Positions 38,478 through 49,476 are shown, counted from the first letter of the stretch. The stretch: 64,000 bases of DNA from a bacterium (GCA_963676395.1 OY781066.1:1696001-1760000), one strand, 5' to 3'. The notes: generated from the sequence alone by a model not told the origin. Numbers and translations are program-made.

Positions 38478-38608
38478 GCAAAACTTTTCAAGTTTCATCT
38501 TCAATTCTCCATGTTTTATTATTTTCTTTTTTCTTTTTACTTTTAATTTGTACTGGCTATATTTCCTTGCTTAAAATAAAATTGCAAATTCAGGAAGGCT
38601 TTGATTTA

Positions 38609-41600
38609 ATGAGACTTAGAAGATTTCTAATTGCTTTTGTACTTGTTGCAATCGCATTTGCATCGGCTCCTGCCGGTTATTATGATTCAGCGGCCGGATT
38701 AACCGGTTCTTCCTTGCGTCAGGAACTACATAATGTTATTGATGATCATATAGTAAAATCATATGATTATTTGTGGACTGCTTTTGCCACGACTGATATT
38801 CGAACATCATTAGGTTCAGACTATATTTGGTGCATGTATACCGAATTGGAATTTCATCATGATGAAGACCAATCTACAGGTTCGTCCGTTTATACAACCT
38901 ATAACAGGGAACACTCTTGGCCAAAAAGTTGGACCAGCGAATATTCTCCGCATTATACAGATCTTTTTCATTTATATCCCACACAAGCTTACGCAAATTC
39001 AAATCGCTCAAATTTACCTTATGGTGAAGTTGCAACCGGGGCTGAAACATGGGTATCGGAAAATGGAACAAAAAAGGGTCCTGCGAGATCCGGTCTGGGA
39101 TACACCGGTACGGTATTTGAGCCCATTGACGAGTATAAAGGAGATTTTGCACGTACATATTTTTATATTTCAACACGCTATTTGGGAGAGGATAGTACCT
39201 GGGATCCTGCTCATGAATATGAGTATATGGCAATCGGTGCGGAGCTTAAACAATGGGCTGTGGACATGCTTTTGGAATGGCATCATAACGATCCTGTTTC
39301 AACCAAGGAAACAGTGAGAAATGATGAAGTTTATGCTATCCAGAATAATAGGAATCCTTTTATTGATAATCCGGCTTATGCCGATTCAATTTGGTCGTCG
39401 TCCGGTGGCAGTCTTGGTGCACCAGTTGCTCAATCAGCTACATCGATCACAACGAGTGGATTTACCGCAAATTGGAATTCGGTAAGTGGAGCGACCGGTT
39501 ACAAACTCTATGTTTCAACTTTAAGTGATTTTTCTTCATATATTGCAAATTATGGTCCCAAAGATGTCGGTAACGTTACATCAGAGATCCTGACGTCACT
39601 TTCTTCCGGTACGGATTATTATTATCGAGTTAGAGCATATGATGCCTCAAGTGAATCTGCAAATTCAAATGAAATATCGTTGACCACTTCAAGTGGAAGC
39701 GTTGGTGGTTCAGGAGAGGATCATTGGACGGAAAATTTTGATTCCGGTGTTGCAAATGTATATACTACTGGAATACAAACGCTTTCCACTGGTGATTGGT
39801 ATACATCTGATGCATATCAAGAATCAAGTGCGGATTCTCGTGGAGGTGTTGGTCATGCTGTACGTTTAAATGATGATACTAATGGAGCAAGCTTAAGAAC
39901 TCCCGCCGTTAATACAGTCGGAACCGTTACTTTCTATTATCGCGAATTAAACAGTGGTGGTGGCACTTTTATTCTTGAAAAGAGCTATAATAATTCTGAC
40001 TGGACACAGGTAACAACTCAAGCATTTTCAGGTGAGACTTATACTGAATTTTCATATGCTGTTAATGATGCCGCTTCAACAATATATTTACGTGTAGTAA
40101 ATGATAATCAGGCCGGACATTTAATTATTGATGATTTTACAGTTAATAGTTATTCTGCTGCCGATCCCGAACCTACAAATCATCCATCATCATTTATTTC
40201 ACCATCTAAAACAGAAAGTTCAATTACATTGACCTGGAGTGATAATGATGGTGCACAGATAGCGGCAGGATTTCTTGTCAAGGCCAGTACGGGATCTGTT
40301 ATAGATCCTATTGATGGTACCGCAGAATCAAATGATATCGATCTATCTGATGGTTCAGGTGCAGTGAATGTTTCGCATGGGATAGAAACTTATGAATGGA
40401 CCGGATTAACTGAGAATCAAACTTATAATTTCAAAATATTTGCTTACACAAACTCGGATACTAGTATAGACTACAAAACAGCATCTGCTCCTTCAGTTAG
40501 TGTCACAACGGATGAGGCTGTAGCGGCGGCAGAAGATTTTATCGAAGATTTTAGTACCGGTGATAAATATACCGTTACTTTGGGTAGTGAAGGACAAGGC
40601 GGTAGCGAGGATTATTTTATTAGAACGGATGATAATCTGGGGCATAATATTTCACCTGCTTATCTGGAGGCTGATGGATATTTCTTTGCGGCACAAGATA
40701 TTGATGATGTTGGTTGGGTAGGATCTGCATCACCTTCGGAATTAACTTGGACCGGTATTGATATATCTGGAAATAGTGCAACACAACTGTCTATAGATTT
40801 TGCTTCTATTGCAACACTTAAAATTGATGTAGCAGATTATGTTCATGTTCAATATCGAATTGATGGAGGTTCTTGGACAAACATTCTTGCATTTGAAAAT
40901 GACGGGACTCAATATAATACAAGATTTTATGAAGATACAAATTTTGATGGGAATGGTGACGGAAGCGCTTTAAGCAGTACATTTACTACTTTTACAAAAG
41001 ATATTACCGGTACGGGTTCTACATTGGATGTTAAAATTATTGTGGCCGTTGATGCCGGTGGTGAAGATGTTGCTTTTGATAATCTAATCATCAGCAATAG
41101 TGGCGGTGCAACACCCATTTGTCTTTCAAGCTTTACAGCTGAAGCCAAGAACGGTGTGGTTGAATTATCATGGGAAACCGCATCAGAAACCAATAACGCT
41201 CAGTTTTTGATTTATAGGAATGATAAAGAAATTGCAAGCGTAGAAGGTGCCGGGACAACAACAGGAACCACGTACTATAACTATGTGGACGCTACAGTTG
41301 TGCCGGGTATCACGTATACTTATGTGTTAGCTGATGTTGATTATGCTAATATCTTAACTTATTATGACGACAAAGCGATTACACTGGTTATTGAAGATGA
41401 CCTTGCCGAAGCTGATTTTAAGATCGGTGCTGCTTATCCCAATCCTTTTAATCCCTCAGCACTTATTCCGATTGAATTATCACGCGAAGCTGTTGTGGAA
41501 GCTAAACTCTATACACTGGCGGGTCGTGAAATTGCAACACTGGCAAATGGTACCATGAATGCCGGTGTGCATGAACTTTGTATTGCAGCAGATAACATGA

Positions 41601-41674
41601 CAACAGGTCTTTATCTTGTAAAAGTTATGATTGAAAATGTGATTGATGTACAAAAGGTTGTGTTTGTAAAATAA
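38609..41674 (+). CDS. Secreted endonuclease I family nuclease with FN3/beta-sandwich domains and T9SS-type CTD
   Basis: PAGYY, NREHSWPKSW, DLFHLYP, N..RSN.PYG, KGDFAR, QNNRNPFID; FN3 repeats; YPNPFNP; start reset to MRLRR. Confidence 0.9.
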   Translation: MRLRRFLIAFVLVAIAFASAPAGYYDSAAGLTGSSLRQELHNVIDDHIVKSYDYLWTAFATTDIRTSLGSDYIWCMYTELEFHHDEDQSTGSSVYTTYNREHSWPKSWTSEYSPHYTDLFHLYPTQAYANSNRSNLPYGEVATGAETWVSENGTKKGPARSGLGYTGTVFEPIDEYKGDFARTYFYISTRYLGEDSTWDPAHEYEYMAIGAELKQWAVDMLLEWHHNDPVSTKETVRNDEVYAIQNNRNPFIDNPAYADSIWSSSGGSLGAPVAQSATSITTSGFTANWNSVSGATGYKLYVSTLSDFSSYIANYGPKDVGNVTSEILTSLSSGTDYYYRVRAYDASSESANSNEISLTTSSGSVGGSGEDHWTENFDSGVANVYTTGIQTLSTGDWYTSDAYQESSADSRGGVGHAVRLNDDTNGASLRTPAVNTVGTVTFYYRELNSGGGTFILEKSYNNSDWTQVTTQAFSGETYTEFSYAVNDAASTIYLRVVNDNQAGHLIIDDFTVNSYSAADPEPTNHPSSFISPSKTESSITLTWSDNDGAQIAAGFLVKASTGSVIDPIDGTAESNDIDLSDGSGAVNVSHGIETYEWTGLTENQTYNFKIFAYTNSDTSIDYKTASAPSVSVTTDEAVAAAEDFIEDFSTGDKYTVTLGSEGQGGSEDYFIRTDDNLGHNISPAYLEADGYFFAAQDIDDVGWVGSASPSELTWTGIDISGNSATQLSIDFASIATLKIDVADYVHVQYRIDGGSWTNILAFENDGTQYNTRFYEDTNFDGNGDGSALSSTFTTFTKDITGTGSTLDVKIIVAVDAGGEDVAFDNLIISNSGGATPICLSSFTAEAKNGVVELSWETASETNNAQFLIYRNDKEIASVEGAGTTTGTTYYNYVDATVVPGITYTYVLADVDYANILTYYDDKAITLVIEDDLAEADFKIGAAYPNPFNPSALIPIELSREAVVEAKLYTLAGREIATLANGTMNAGVHELCIAADNMTTGLYLVKVMIENVIDVQKVVFVK

Positions 41675-41705
41675 TAAAGCTCTAAGCTAACATAAACGAT
41701 TATAC

Positions 41706-41734
41706 TGGCGGACTTTTATGTTCGCCATTTTTTA
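41706..41734 (+). terminator. Terminator after nuclease gene
   Basis: TGGCGGAC-ttttat-GTTCGCCA then T6. Confidence 0.7.
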
Positions 41735-41925
41735 ATCTCTTAAAAAATGAAATTTATATAGGTAATTCTAAAATCGCTCGACATCTGGCTAATAGCGGTT
41801 ATTAAGTTCAATCTTAAAAGGTGTAATATTTTGTTCTTTGTCATCTCTAAATATTTCCCTAATTTATCGCGACTAATTAAAAGTGACTTAATTACAGTTA
41901 AAACATAACAATAAGTGAGGAAAAT

Positions 41926-43122
41926 ATGGCCGCACCTCGTGGAGAAAGACTCATCATAACTTTACTTGGACGACGCAATGTAGGTAAATCTTCATTGATC
42001 AATGGTATCACCGAGCAGGATATTTCTATTGTATCAAAAACGCCCGGTACAACAACTGATGCCGTTGCTAAACATTATGAACTAATTCCCGTAGGTCCTG
42101 TAACCTTTTATGATACAGCCGGTATTGATGATATTGGTGAACTTGGCGAACAGCGCGTAAAGGCAACTCGTCGCGTGCTATGGCGCTCTGATATGGTACT
42201 GCTTGTATTTGATAAAGAGACTTTGGATGATCAAGACAAAAATACTATTCAAGAACTTAAAGGAATGGATATTCCTTTTCTTATTATTTTTAATAAAGCA
42301 GATCTTTATCAACCAAAAGCTGAAACGCTGAAATATTTAGATGACGAAGAATTAGTCTACATTTCAGTGACTTCGAGTAATAGTGATGACATGGTCGATC
42401 TTCGTGAAAAATTGATTGATTTGGTTCCTGAATATTTTAAAAAAGAACCGGTTATTATCGGTGATATTATTAACGAAGGTGATGTCGTCGTTTTGATCAT
42501 TCCTATTGATCAGGAAGCGCCAAGGGGTAGGATTATTTTGCCACAGATGCAGGTGCTACGTGAGGTTTTAGATAACAATGCTATCGCTGTTACTGTTCAA
42601 GATACTGAAGTTAAAGAGGCCTTTAAAAGTCTAGGCAAAAAAGCAAAATTGGCAATTACGGATTCTCAGGCAGTGCTTCAAGCTGCCGCTGATACACCTG
42701 AAGATGTACCTTTTACAACTTTTTCGACTGCTTTTGCTCGTTACAAAGCAGACCTTGGCGTATTGTTGGAGGGTCTTAAAAAGTTGGATGATCTTAAGAA
42801 TGGTGATAAACTGCTTATTGCTGAAGCATGTTCACATCATGTGAATTGCGATGATATTGGTCGTTATAAAATCCCCAAATGGATCGAAGAATATACCGGT
42901 AAAAAACTAGAGTACGAAATTGCTGTGGGTCATGATTATCCCGATGATTTGACTCCTTATGATTTAATTATTCACTGTGGTGGTTGTATGAATACCGGAC
43001 TTGAATACAAGCGTCGTATTCGCCATGCACATGCTCAGGGTGTTCCTATCACAAATTATGGTATTTTGATCTCTAAGACTCAAGGGTTACTTGATAGAGT
43101 TGTGAAGCCTTTTGGATTTTAA
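41926..43122 (+). CDS. hydF: [FeFe]-hydrogenase H-cluster maturation GTPase
   Basis: GRRNVGKSS, GTTTD, DTAG, NKAD, AP.GR.ILPQ, EACSHH...DDIGR.KIP, HCGGCM, TNYG. Confidence 0.95.
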   Translation: MAAPRGERLIITLLGRRNVGKSSLINGITEQDISIVSKTPGTTTDAVAKHYELIPVGPVTFYDTAGIDDIGELGEQRVKATRRVLWRSDMVLLVFDKETLDDQDKNTIQELKGMDIPFLIIFNKADLYQPKAETLKYLDDEELVYISVTSSNSDDMVDLREKLIDLVPEYFKKEPVIIGDIINEGDVVVLIIPIDQEAPRGRIILPQMQVLREVLDNNAIAVTVQDTEVKEAFKSLGKKAKLAITDSQAVLQAAADTPEDVPFTTFSTAFARYKADLGVLLEGLKKLDDLKNGDKLLIAEACSHHVNCDDIGRYKIPKWIEEYTGKKLEYEIAVGHDYPDDLTPYDLIIHCGGCMNTGLEYKRRIRHAHAQGVPITNYGILISKTQGLLDRVVKPFGF

Positions 43123-43141
43123 TGTTTTCATTATGAATTAT

Positions 43142-43169
43142 AAAAGTCACGCAATTGCGTGACTTTTTT
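43142..43169. terminator. Bidirectional terminator between hydF and DUF2461 gene
   Basis: AAAAGTCACGCAATTGCGTGACTTTTTT perfect palindrome. Confidence 0.85.
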
Positions 43170-43193
43170 ATTTGTCTGATAATTTGACTTGAA

Positions 43194-43871
43194 TCATTTT
43201 ATTGCAATATCCATCCAAAGGTGATACAATTTTGCCAGTTCCATAAATCTCATTTCGATAAATGGTATTAATTCATCAGAGAATAGTAGCTTATCATGCT
43301 TGCGCTTGCTGATAATATAGGCGTTTTTTCGTTGATGCCAAGACTTTAGCTCATCCGGTAGGTCAGCTTTGAATGGACGTTTATAAAGCCTACCTTCTAA
43401 TAAATAATTTTCTTCTCCCGGAAAAAATGAAGTGGCTTTTTTGAATTTTATGGGATTCGTTTCCAATAGATCTCTGAAGTTCTTCATTGTAACTGAGCTG
43501 GCATCGTAAAAGCCCATACCAAATGTATATTTATCGGGTGTGATCTCAAACCACCAACTGGGTATATCATACCAGTTATTAATAGGTCGTTTAAATTTTA
43601 TCCACATATGGTCACGAAACATTCGCTTATCTTTGGCAAAGCGTGTATCACGATATATTCTTGAAATGGTTTTATTTACAAGGGGTCTGACATCGATCTC
43701 AGGGTCAATATCAATCATAATGGGACTTAAGGCCATGACCAGTTTTCTCAAAGGAATGAGAATGAGTTCTTCATAATCATATCGATGTGCTTCAAACCAG
43801 GTTTTGTTATTATTGGCCTGTAATTCTTTTAAAAAGTGTGGAAAATCTCGAGAGAATCCGTCAAAGGTCAT
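43194..43871 (-). CDS. DUF2461 family protein
   Basis: FL.EL..NNNK.WF..HR..YE, RIYRDTRF.KDK. Confidence 0.88.
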   Translation of the reverse strand: MTFDGFSRDFPHFLKELQANNNKTWFEAHRYDYEELILIPLRKLVMALSPIMIDIDPEIDVRPLVNKTISRIYRDTRFAKDKRMFRDHMWIKFKRPINNWYDIPSWWFEITPDKYTFGMGFYDASSVTMKNFRDLLETNPIKFKKATSFFPGEENYLLEGRLYKRPFKADLPDELKSWHQRKNAYIISKRKHDKLLFSDELIPFIEMRFMELAKLYHLWMDIAIK

Positions 43872-45397
43872 TAAGAGATCCCTAGATCTTTTTTGATTTG
43901 TTCCGCACAGATTTCACCGGCAGTCATTGCACCTCCAAAACCGGCACCGGGTAAAACCCAGGCAGAGGCAAAGTAAAGGTTTGGAATATTCGATTTGGCT
44001 TTGGGTCTAAAGATTAAGGCCTGTTTAATTGAGTTAGAATAGCCGTAAGCTGTACCGTTAGGTGTTTTTAAGTATCTTTTCATGGTTTTGGCTGTTGCTA
44101 ATTCTACGTGTTCTATTTGATCCCGCATTTTTGGGAAGATATCACATATCCTATCAACTAAAATATCCATGACCTGTTTTTTCTTAAATTTATATTCACT
44201 TTCACTTAGATGCTCCCAATCCTTAAGGTAATCCATTAGAGAAAGAACTAAATAACCTTTCCCTTCCGGTGATAGTTGGGAATCAAGTTGACTATAGTCA
44301 CAAAGGATTGCTGGCCTAGTTTTAAAGTCACCTTGATTTAATTTCTTAAATGTTTTCAAACTAAAATCTTTTGAATCGTAAAGCGTAAGCGAATAAAAAT
44401 TATTTCCAAGGTCCTTTAGAGGTTTTTTTAATGCTATATACAAAGTCATGATGGATGGACCTATTGTGAAAGAATCAAATTTCTTTAGAGATTTTGTCGT
44501 TTCCTGATCCATGAGTTCATGTCTTACATTAGGAATGGCTGTATTCGCAATAATGGTATCAGCATATGCCTCAATTTTTTGAGAATCCTTACGTTTGGAT
44601 TTATAGCGTACACCAATTGCTTTGCCATTTTTAGTTAGAATCTTTGTCACCTCTTGCAATGTGTGAATCTCACCGTCATGATTAGTGATGATATTTGCCA
44701 GAGAATCAGGCAGCTGATGTGAACCACCTTGGATATATGCACCACCATAACGATAGTATCCTGTTTGTGCGATTGCATAAAATATCATTGATATATCGTA
44801 TGGATCATCTCCATAATAGCCCATATTCCCAAGAAGAATAGCCTTAAGATTTTCATTTTTGAAATGTTTATCAAGATATGTACCCAAGGTTGTAAAAATG
44901 CTTTTTAACAATTTTGGGTAGATAAATGGAGATGCGAGTAAAGAGAGAAAAAAGCCCAGTGGTTTTCTGTTGTTAATTTTCATGGTTTGATCATGGATCT
45001 TGAAAATGGTTTCAAAGTAGGTCTTAATGGCTTTTGCATCATCTGGAAACATCTCAGAGAGATCACGAATATTTTCTTCTACATTATTTTTGAATGTGTA
45101 TTCATAACCATTACCCTTGATATGATAAAATTCCGGGACAGGGACAAAATTGATTTTATCAAGAATGCCCATACGTTTGAATAAGCTATCATTTCCATTT
45201 TGAGAATTGATCATGGCTGTCATATGAAGTCCTGCTTCAAAAATATGACCTTTGCGATTAAAGGATGTGGCTGAACCTCCAACCCTAAAATGTTGCTCTA
45301 AAACACAAACTTTTTTACCGGCTTTTGCAAGATCTGCGGCTGCGGTCAAGCCTCCCAGACCGGAGCCTATAACGATTATATCATATGTATTTTTCAT
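43871..45397 (-). CDS. FAD-dependent oxidoreductase, phytoene desaturase/retinol saturase superfamily
   Basis: IVIGSGLGGL, VLEQH..VGG, FEAGLH, GGS..L, G.AYG, PG.GF.GAM..G. Confidence 0.88.
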   Translation of the reverse strand: MKNTYDIIVIGSGLGGLTAAADLAKAGKKVCVLEQHFRVGGSATSFNRKGHIFEAGLHMTAMINSQNGNDSLFKRMGILDKINFVPVPEFYHIKGNGYEYTFKNNVEENIRDLSEMFPDDAKAIKTYFETIFKIHDQTMKINNRKPLGFFLSLLASPFIYPKLLKSIFTTLGTYLDKHFKNENLKAILLGNMGYYGDDPYDISMIFYAIAQTGYYRYGGAYIQGGSHQLPDSLANIITNHDGEIHTLQEVTKILTKNGKAIGVRYKSKRKDSQKIEAYADTIIANTAIPNVRHELMDQETTKSLKKFDSFTIGPSIMTLYIALKKPLKDLGNNFYSLTLYDSKDFSLKTFKKLNQGDFKTRPAILCDYSQLDSQLSPEGKGYLVLSLMDYLKDWEHLSESEYKFKKKQVMDILVDRICDIFPKMRDQIEHVELATAKTMKRYLKTPNGTAYGYSNSIKQALIFRPKAKSNIPNLYFASAWVLPGAGFGGAMTAGEICAEQIKKDLGIS

Positions 45398-45489
45398 AGG
45401 TCAATAATAGGTAGATTTGATGTGAAATCATAAATAAAAGTTTATGCGTAGTGAGTGAGCGCTAGTGTTGTTTTGCGAATGAAGTGAGC

Positions 45490-46878
45490 TTACCACGTCA
45501 TTCCAACCCCCATGGATATAGACAAGCCACCATAGTATTTTATATTTCCCGGCTCAACAGGAATAGGTTCTGGTTTTAGTTGTTTAATAAAAGGGATCAA
45601 TTGCGATATGTTTAAGTTTATATGAAGATCTGAGTTTAAAAAGAATTTTGAATTTATACCCGGAGAAGCAAAAATGGCAATGTGTTGGTATTGCTTATCA
45701 ATATTAATATCCTCTATACCAAATTGTAAAAGTGCCAGTGCATTTAAATGAGAAAAATAATATCCACTAATTATATCAAATCGCGGGGTGAGTTCAAAAA
45801 TCCCCATATTAAAAGAATGATCTATATGAGACCTGAATTGAATATAATGTGTTGTAAGGGTGATATCACCTTGATGAGCGATAGGGAGTATGCTAAATAC
45901 ATAGCCAAGTACGGGAGTCGCAAGATGACTGGAACCACCTGTCCTTCCAAATCGAAGTGAAAGATCAAAATTAGTTTTTGTGTTGGTATGTGCATAAGCA
46001 AATGTTCCGGAAAATGAATTTAGCTTACCTGAATTCAGCTTGATGATCTCAAGCGTATCGGGATCGTTTGGAAATACGGTGTGAGACCAATCAATTGGGG
46101 TATGATTAAATGTCATGCCAAGCTTTAGGACAGCATTGGTATCGACTTTTAGTAAGACCAAACTGTTGAAATTAATGGTTTTAAAGTGAACGAGGGATTC
46201 TCTCGGCCCCTGAAGTTGATTTACATCACCTAGATTCCAATGCCTCTCATTCAATTTGTTGTGTGTTATGCTGTAATCGAGGTATAATGAAAATCCCCTT
46301 GTTGCATTCATTCTTTCAATGTATAAGTTTGAATTGAATTTATTGTATGTATTGTTGTAAAGAATACTATCACCGAATGTACCGGGTAGCAGATCAAAGA
46401 AATAATCGTTATAGATCCTTTCTTCGCTAACCGGGTATTTTTTTATAAAGAGTGTATCGCTAAATGTTGAAAAGCTAAATCCTAATCCTGGAATTAATAA
46501 ATAATGTCCCATTCTGAATTGAATCTTTCCTTCAATAGTCTGTATGTCGGGTTTTATTGTGCTTCGCGTATAATCATTATTAAATAGATCATTTATATCA
46601 AGAATATTTCGATGATAATCAATCCTATAGTTTATATCTTTAAGTTTTTGGGTGCATTTAATATGTTGTTGTCTTATCGTGTATCGAGATAATAAAGTAT
46701 CGTTTCTGCTTGCTCTTAATAATTCAAGATGGTCTAAAGAATAGTTTAATCCATTGGACTCTATTTTTCCTGACCTTGGATATTCTTGCCAAAAAGAATT
46801 AAAAATATCACCAGCATGTGATGGCGTGAAAAATGAAAATAGTAGAAGAACTGCAATGAGGAATTTGTGTTGTTTCAT
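45490..46878 (-). CDS. Hypothetical protein, probable outer-membrane beta-barrel
   Basis: Signal peptide, alternating aromatic/hydrophobic strands, C-terminal GGLSISMGVGMTW; start reset to MKQHK. Confidence 0.7.
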   Translation of the reverse strand: MKQHKFLIAVLLLFSFFTPSHAGDIFNSFWQEYPRSGKIESNGLNYSLDHLELLRASRNDTLLSRYTIRQQHIKCTQKLKDINYRIDYHRNILDINDLFNNDYTRSTIKPDIQTIEGKIQFRMGHYLLIPGLGFSFSTFSDTLFIKKYPVSEERIYNDYFFDLLPGTFGDSILYNNTYNKFNSNLYIERMNATRGFSLYLDYSITHNKLNERHWNLGDVNQLQGPRESLVHFKTINFNSLVLLKVDTNAVLKLGMTFNHTPIDWSHTVFPNDPDTLEIIKLNSGKLNSFSGTFAYAHTNTKTNFDLSLRFGRTGGSSHLATPVLGYVFSILPIAHQGDITLTTHYIQFRSHIDHSFNMGIFELTPRFDIISGYYFSHLNALALLQFGIEDINIDKQYQHIAIFASPGINSKFFLNSDLHINLNISQLIPFIKQLKPEPIPVEPGNIKYYGGLSISMGVGMTW

Positions 46879-46927
46879 AAAGGGAAAAAGACCGACCACA
46901 AAAGTAGCCGGTCTGTAAATTGTTTTT

Positions 46928-49384
46928 TTATTTAAGTAGTGTCATTTTCTGATAGGCAATGTCGGTATTGTACTGAACTCTGAGCAAATAAACACCTGAT
47001 GCATGCTCTGCGGCATTCCAGATTACATCATATGTGCCGGCATTCATGTATCGGTCATCAATTAGATCAGTGACTTTTTGACCGGCAATATTAAAGATGC
47101 TCATTGTTACATTACCTTCAATTGGAATATCAAATGAAATGGTTGTATTGGGGTTAAACGGGTTAGGATAATTTGATCTCAATGCAAATTCTTCCGGTAG
47201 GATGTCCACGCCAACGGTATCGGGAATTATTATAACGCGGGTGGGGAAGAAACCGCCCAAACTTGGATCAGTACCCTCAAGATAGTTTTGGAATACTTTT
47301 ACAAGATTATTGGGGATGCTATCAAACCAAGCTGACATATTCATGGTATCCGGTCCCATAATGCTAAAGACTTCAGGAACATCCATATCGGCAGATATCA
47401 TTTTAACACCTTGTGAAACGGAAAAGAGATCCATCATCATGGTATCATAATCTTCGGGTTTCATGCCTAGCTCGAACATGAGTGAATCGGCATAAACCAT
47501 GGTGGCGATTAATGAATCTGAAAAATCGCACAGTAGATGCAGGCCATTTCGCATATTCATACCAAGTTCGGCAAAGGCGATTTTACCATCGGGTGTGAAT
47601 TCGCCAAAATTAGGATTTGCTGCTTGAAAACGATATATGAGATCAAGCGGACCTTGGACATCGGAAAGATTCAATAGGTTTGGGTTAAGCGTGATATCAA
47701 CCAGTGAATCCACATAATTGTAGGCCATATCGAGTTTCATTCCCAGCTGTTCTAAACCATATTGGATGGCATATGATGTATTTACTATAGTACCGCTAAT
47801 TTGAGGAATGACATACAATGGATACACCATGTCTCCTGGAGTAACAATTTCTCCAGTAGAAGACATGTTGGGGTCTTTGATAAGAATGGTGAATAAGACA
47901 ATATTGCTATCATTGTAGATTGATGTCATATGATAGTCAAGGTCCATCTGTATTGAAGCTAATTCTTGACTATAATCCAAATTCATCCAATTGTAATTTT
48001 GAAAAAGACTGTCAATACGACCGCCGTCAACCAAGGCCAATATTTGATCGATCTGCATGCCGAGGTCATCAAGCATAAAGATTAGGTCAATATAACCTCT
48101 TCCTACATGAGCATTAATATTTTCCGGCATATCCTGAAGTACTAAATTGAATTCCGTTCGTTTAGTGTCTAAATAAGCCATTAGAGTGGACTTGTCATCA
48201 CGAGGATCAATGACTAGATCCGGGAGTAGCTCTATGATCGTAGCTTGAGGCAAGCCGTCCGGGAAAATATTTCTAAAATTATAGGTGAAGGGGTCCGGGA
48301 CAGAATAAAGATCTATGTAGGTACGATATAAACCATAGGGAATGTTTTCAAGAATACCAACGGGACGGAAAGAAACTTTCGGATCATGACCAACCATGTA
48401 TATCTTGCCACCCAAGAGGCTGTCTGCACTTGCAAGGGCATCTTTAACATCCTGGAAAGTGACACTGTCCTGTTGATTTGATTCTTCGTCCCAGTAGTGA
48501 ATGATGGTTGTATCAACCAAATCCAACATAAATGGATTATTCAGTGTATCCAATACCTGATTAAAAGATGTAATCGCCATTCTTAAGGTATCAATTCCTT
48601 CAAAGGCAAGACTGTCATTTAAAATACATCTTAATCCTGCTCCCAGATAATTTAGACCGTCTTCCATGTTATGAATAGCAGCGTTGATACTTTCATAGGT
48701 TTCATCATAGATCACTGCGACCTCAGTTGTATCATATATTGGAAGAACTAACTCGGAACCCGGAGTAAAATCGACAACACCAATTCTGAATGTGAAGTCT
48801 TCGTCGGCTGTAAGTACATCCTCGAAGCGAACATTGCAAGTGTCAAAAAGACTATCAAGGTCATTAAGTGTCTGTTGCCATAGCATGTGTGAATTATATA
48901 AGTTGTTATAGTGAGTCAATTCTGCATCATAGATCCATTGCATGACAGAATCATCATACCCGTTTTTTAAATAATCATGGAGATTATCGATCAAATCATA
49001 CTGACTGTTAACACTATCGGTGATAAACCAGATTGATTCAAGAATAGAAAATACAACTTTTTCGTAAGCGGAAATGGTTTCCCAGGCATAATCACTTTGG
49101 GTGCTTGCAGCAGAGGACAGTGAATCACGAGCGGTGAACATATCTAAAATGATGTGCCCTGTTTGTCCTTTGCTGAAATAACCCTGTAGAGTGGAGTCTG
49201 ACCACATATCGTATACTACACGATATTGTTCTATGATCATTTCTTGTTCTTCTTCGGGAATATCGTTATCGTCAGGAATTGCCATATCCCAGTATGGGCT
49301 TTCTCCCGGTGGGGGAGGAAGTTGGGCAAATAATCCGGCGAATACAATAACACTGAGAAGAATGATTAGCAATTTTCTCATCAT
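46928..49384 (-). CDS. Large acidic secreted protein with T9SS-type CTD, unknown function
   Basis: Signal peptide, Asp-rich body, LPEEFAL.SNYPNPFNPNT...SGVY...KMTLLK. Confidence 0.85.
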   Translation of the reverse strand: MMRKLLIILLSVIVFAGLFAQLPPPPGESPYWDMAIPDDNDIPEEEQEMIIEQYRVVYDMWSDSTLQGYFSKGQTGHIILDMFTARDSLSSAASTQSDYAWETISAYEKVVFSILESIWFITDSVNSQYDLIDNLHDYLKNGYDDSVMQWIYDAELTHYNNLYNSHMLWQQTLNDLDSLFDTCNVRFEDVLTADEDFTFRIGVVDFTPGSELVLPIYDTTEVAVIYDETYESINAAIHNMEDGLNYLGAGLRCILNDSLAFEGIDTLRMAITSFNQVLDTLNNPFMLDLVDTTIIHYWDEESNQQDSVTFQDVKDALASADSLLGGKIYMVGHDPKVSFRPVGILENIPYGLYRTYIDLYSVPDPFTYNFRNIFPDGLPQATIIELLPDLVIDPRDDKSTLMAYLDTKRTEFNLVLQDMPENINAHVGRGYIDLIFMLDDLGMQIDQILALVDGGRIDSLFQNYNWMNLDYSQELASIQMDLDYHMTSIYNDSNIVLFTILIKDPNMSSTGEIVTPGDMVYPLYVIPQISGTIVNTSYAIQYGLEQLGMKLDMAYNYVDSLVDITLNPNLLNLSDVQGPLDLIYRFQAANPNFGEFTPDGKIAFAELGMNMRNGLHLLCDFSDSLIATMVYADSLMFELGMKPEDYDTMMMDLFSVSQGVKMISADMDVPEVFSIMGPDTMNMSAWFDSIPNNLVKVFQNYLEGTDPSLGGFFPTRVIIIPDTVGVDILPEEFALRSNYPNPFNPNTTISFDIPIEGNVTMSIFNIAGQKVTDLIDDRYMNAGTYDVIWNAAEHASGVYLLRVQYNTDIAYQKMTLLK

Positions 49385-49476
49385 AGTACCTCCGTTATTT
49401 TTGTTAATACGCTTAAAATAAGATAGTTAAAAGAATAATGACTATCAAGGAAAAAAAGATATAGGATTCAGGAGGA

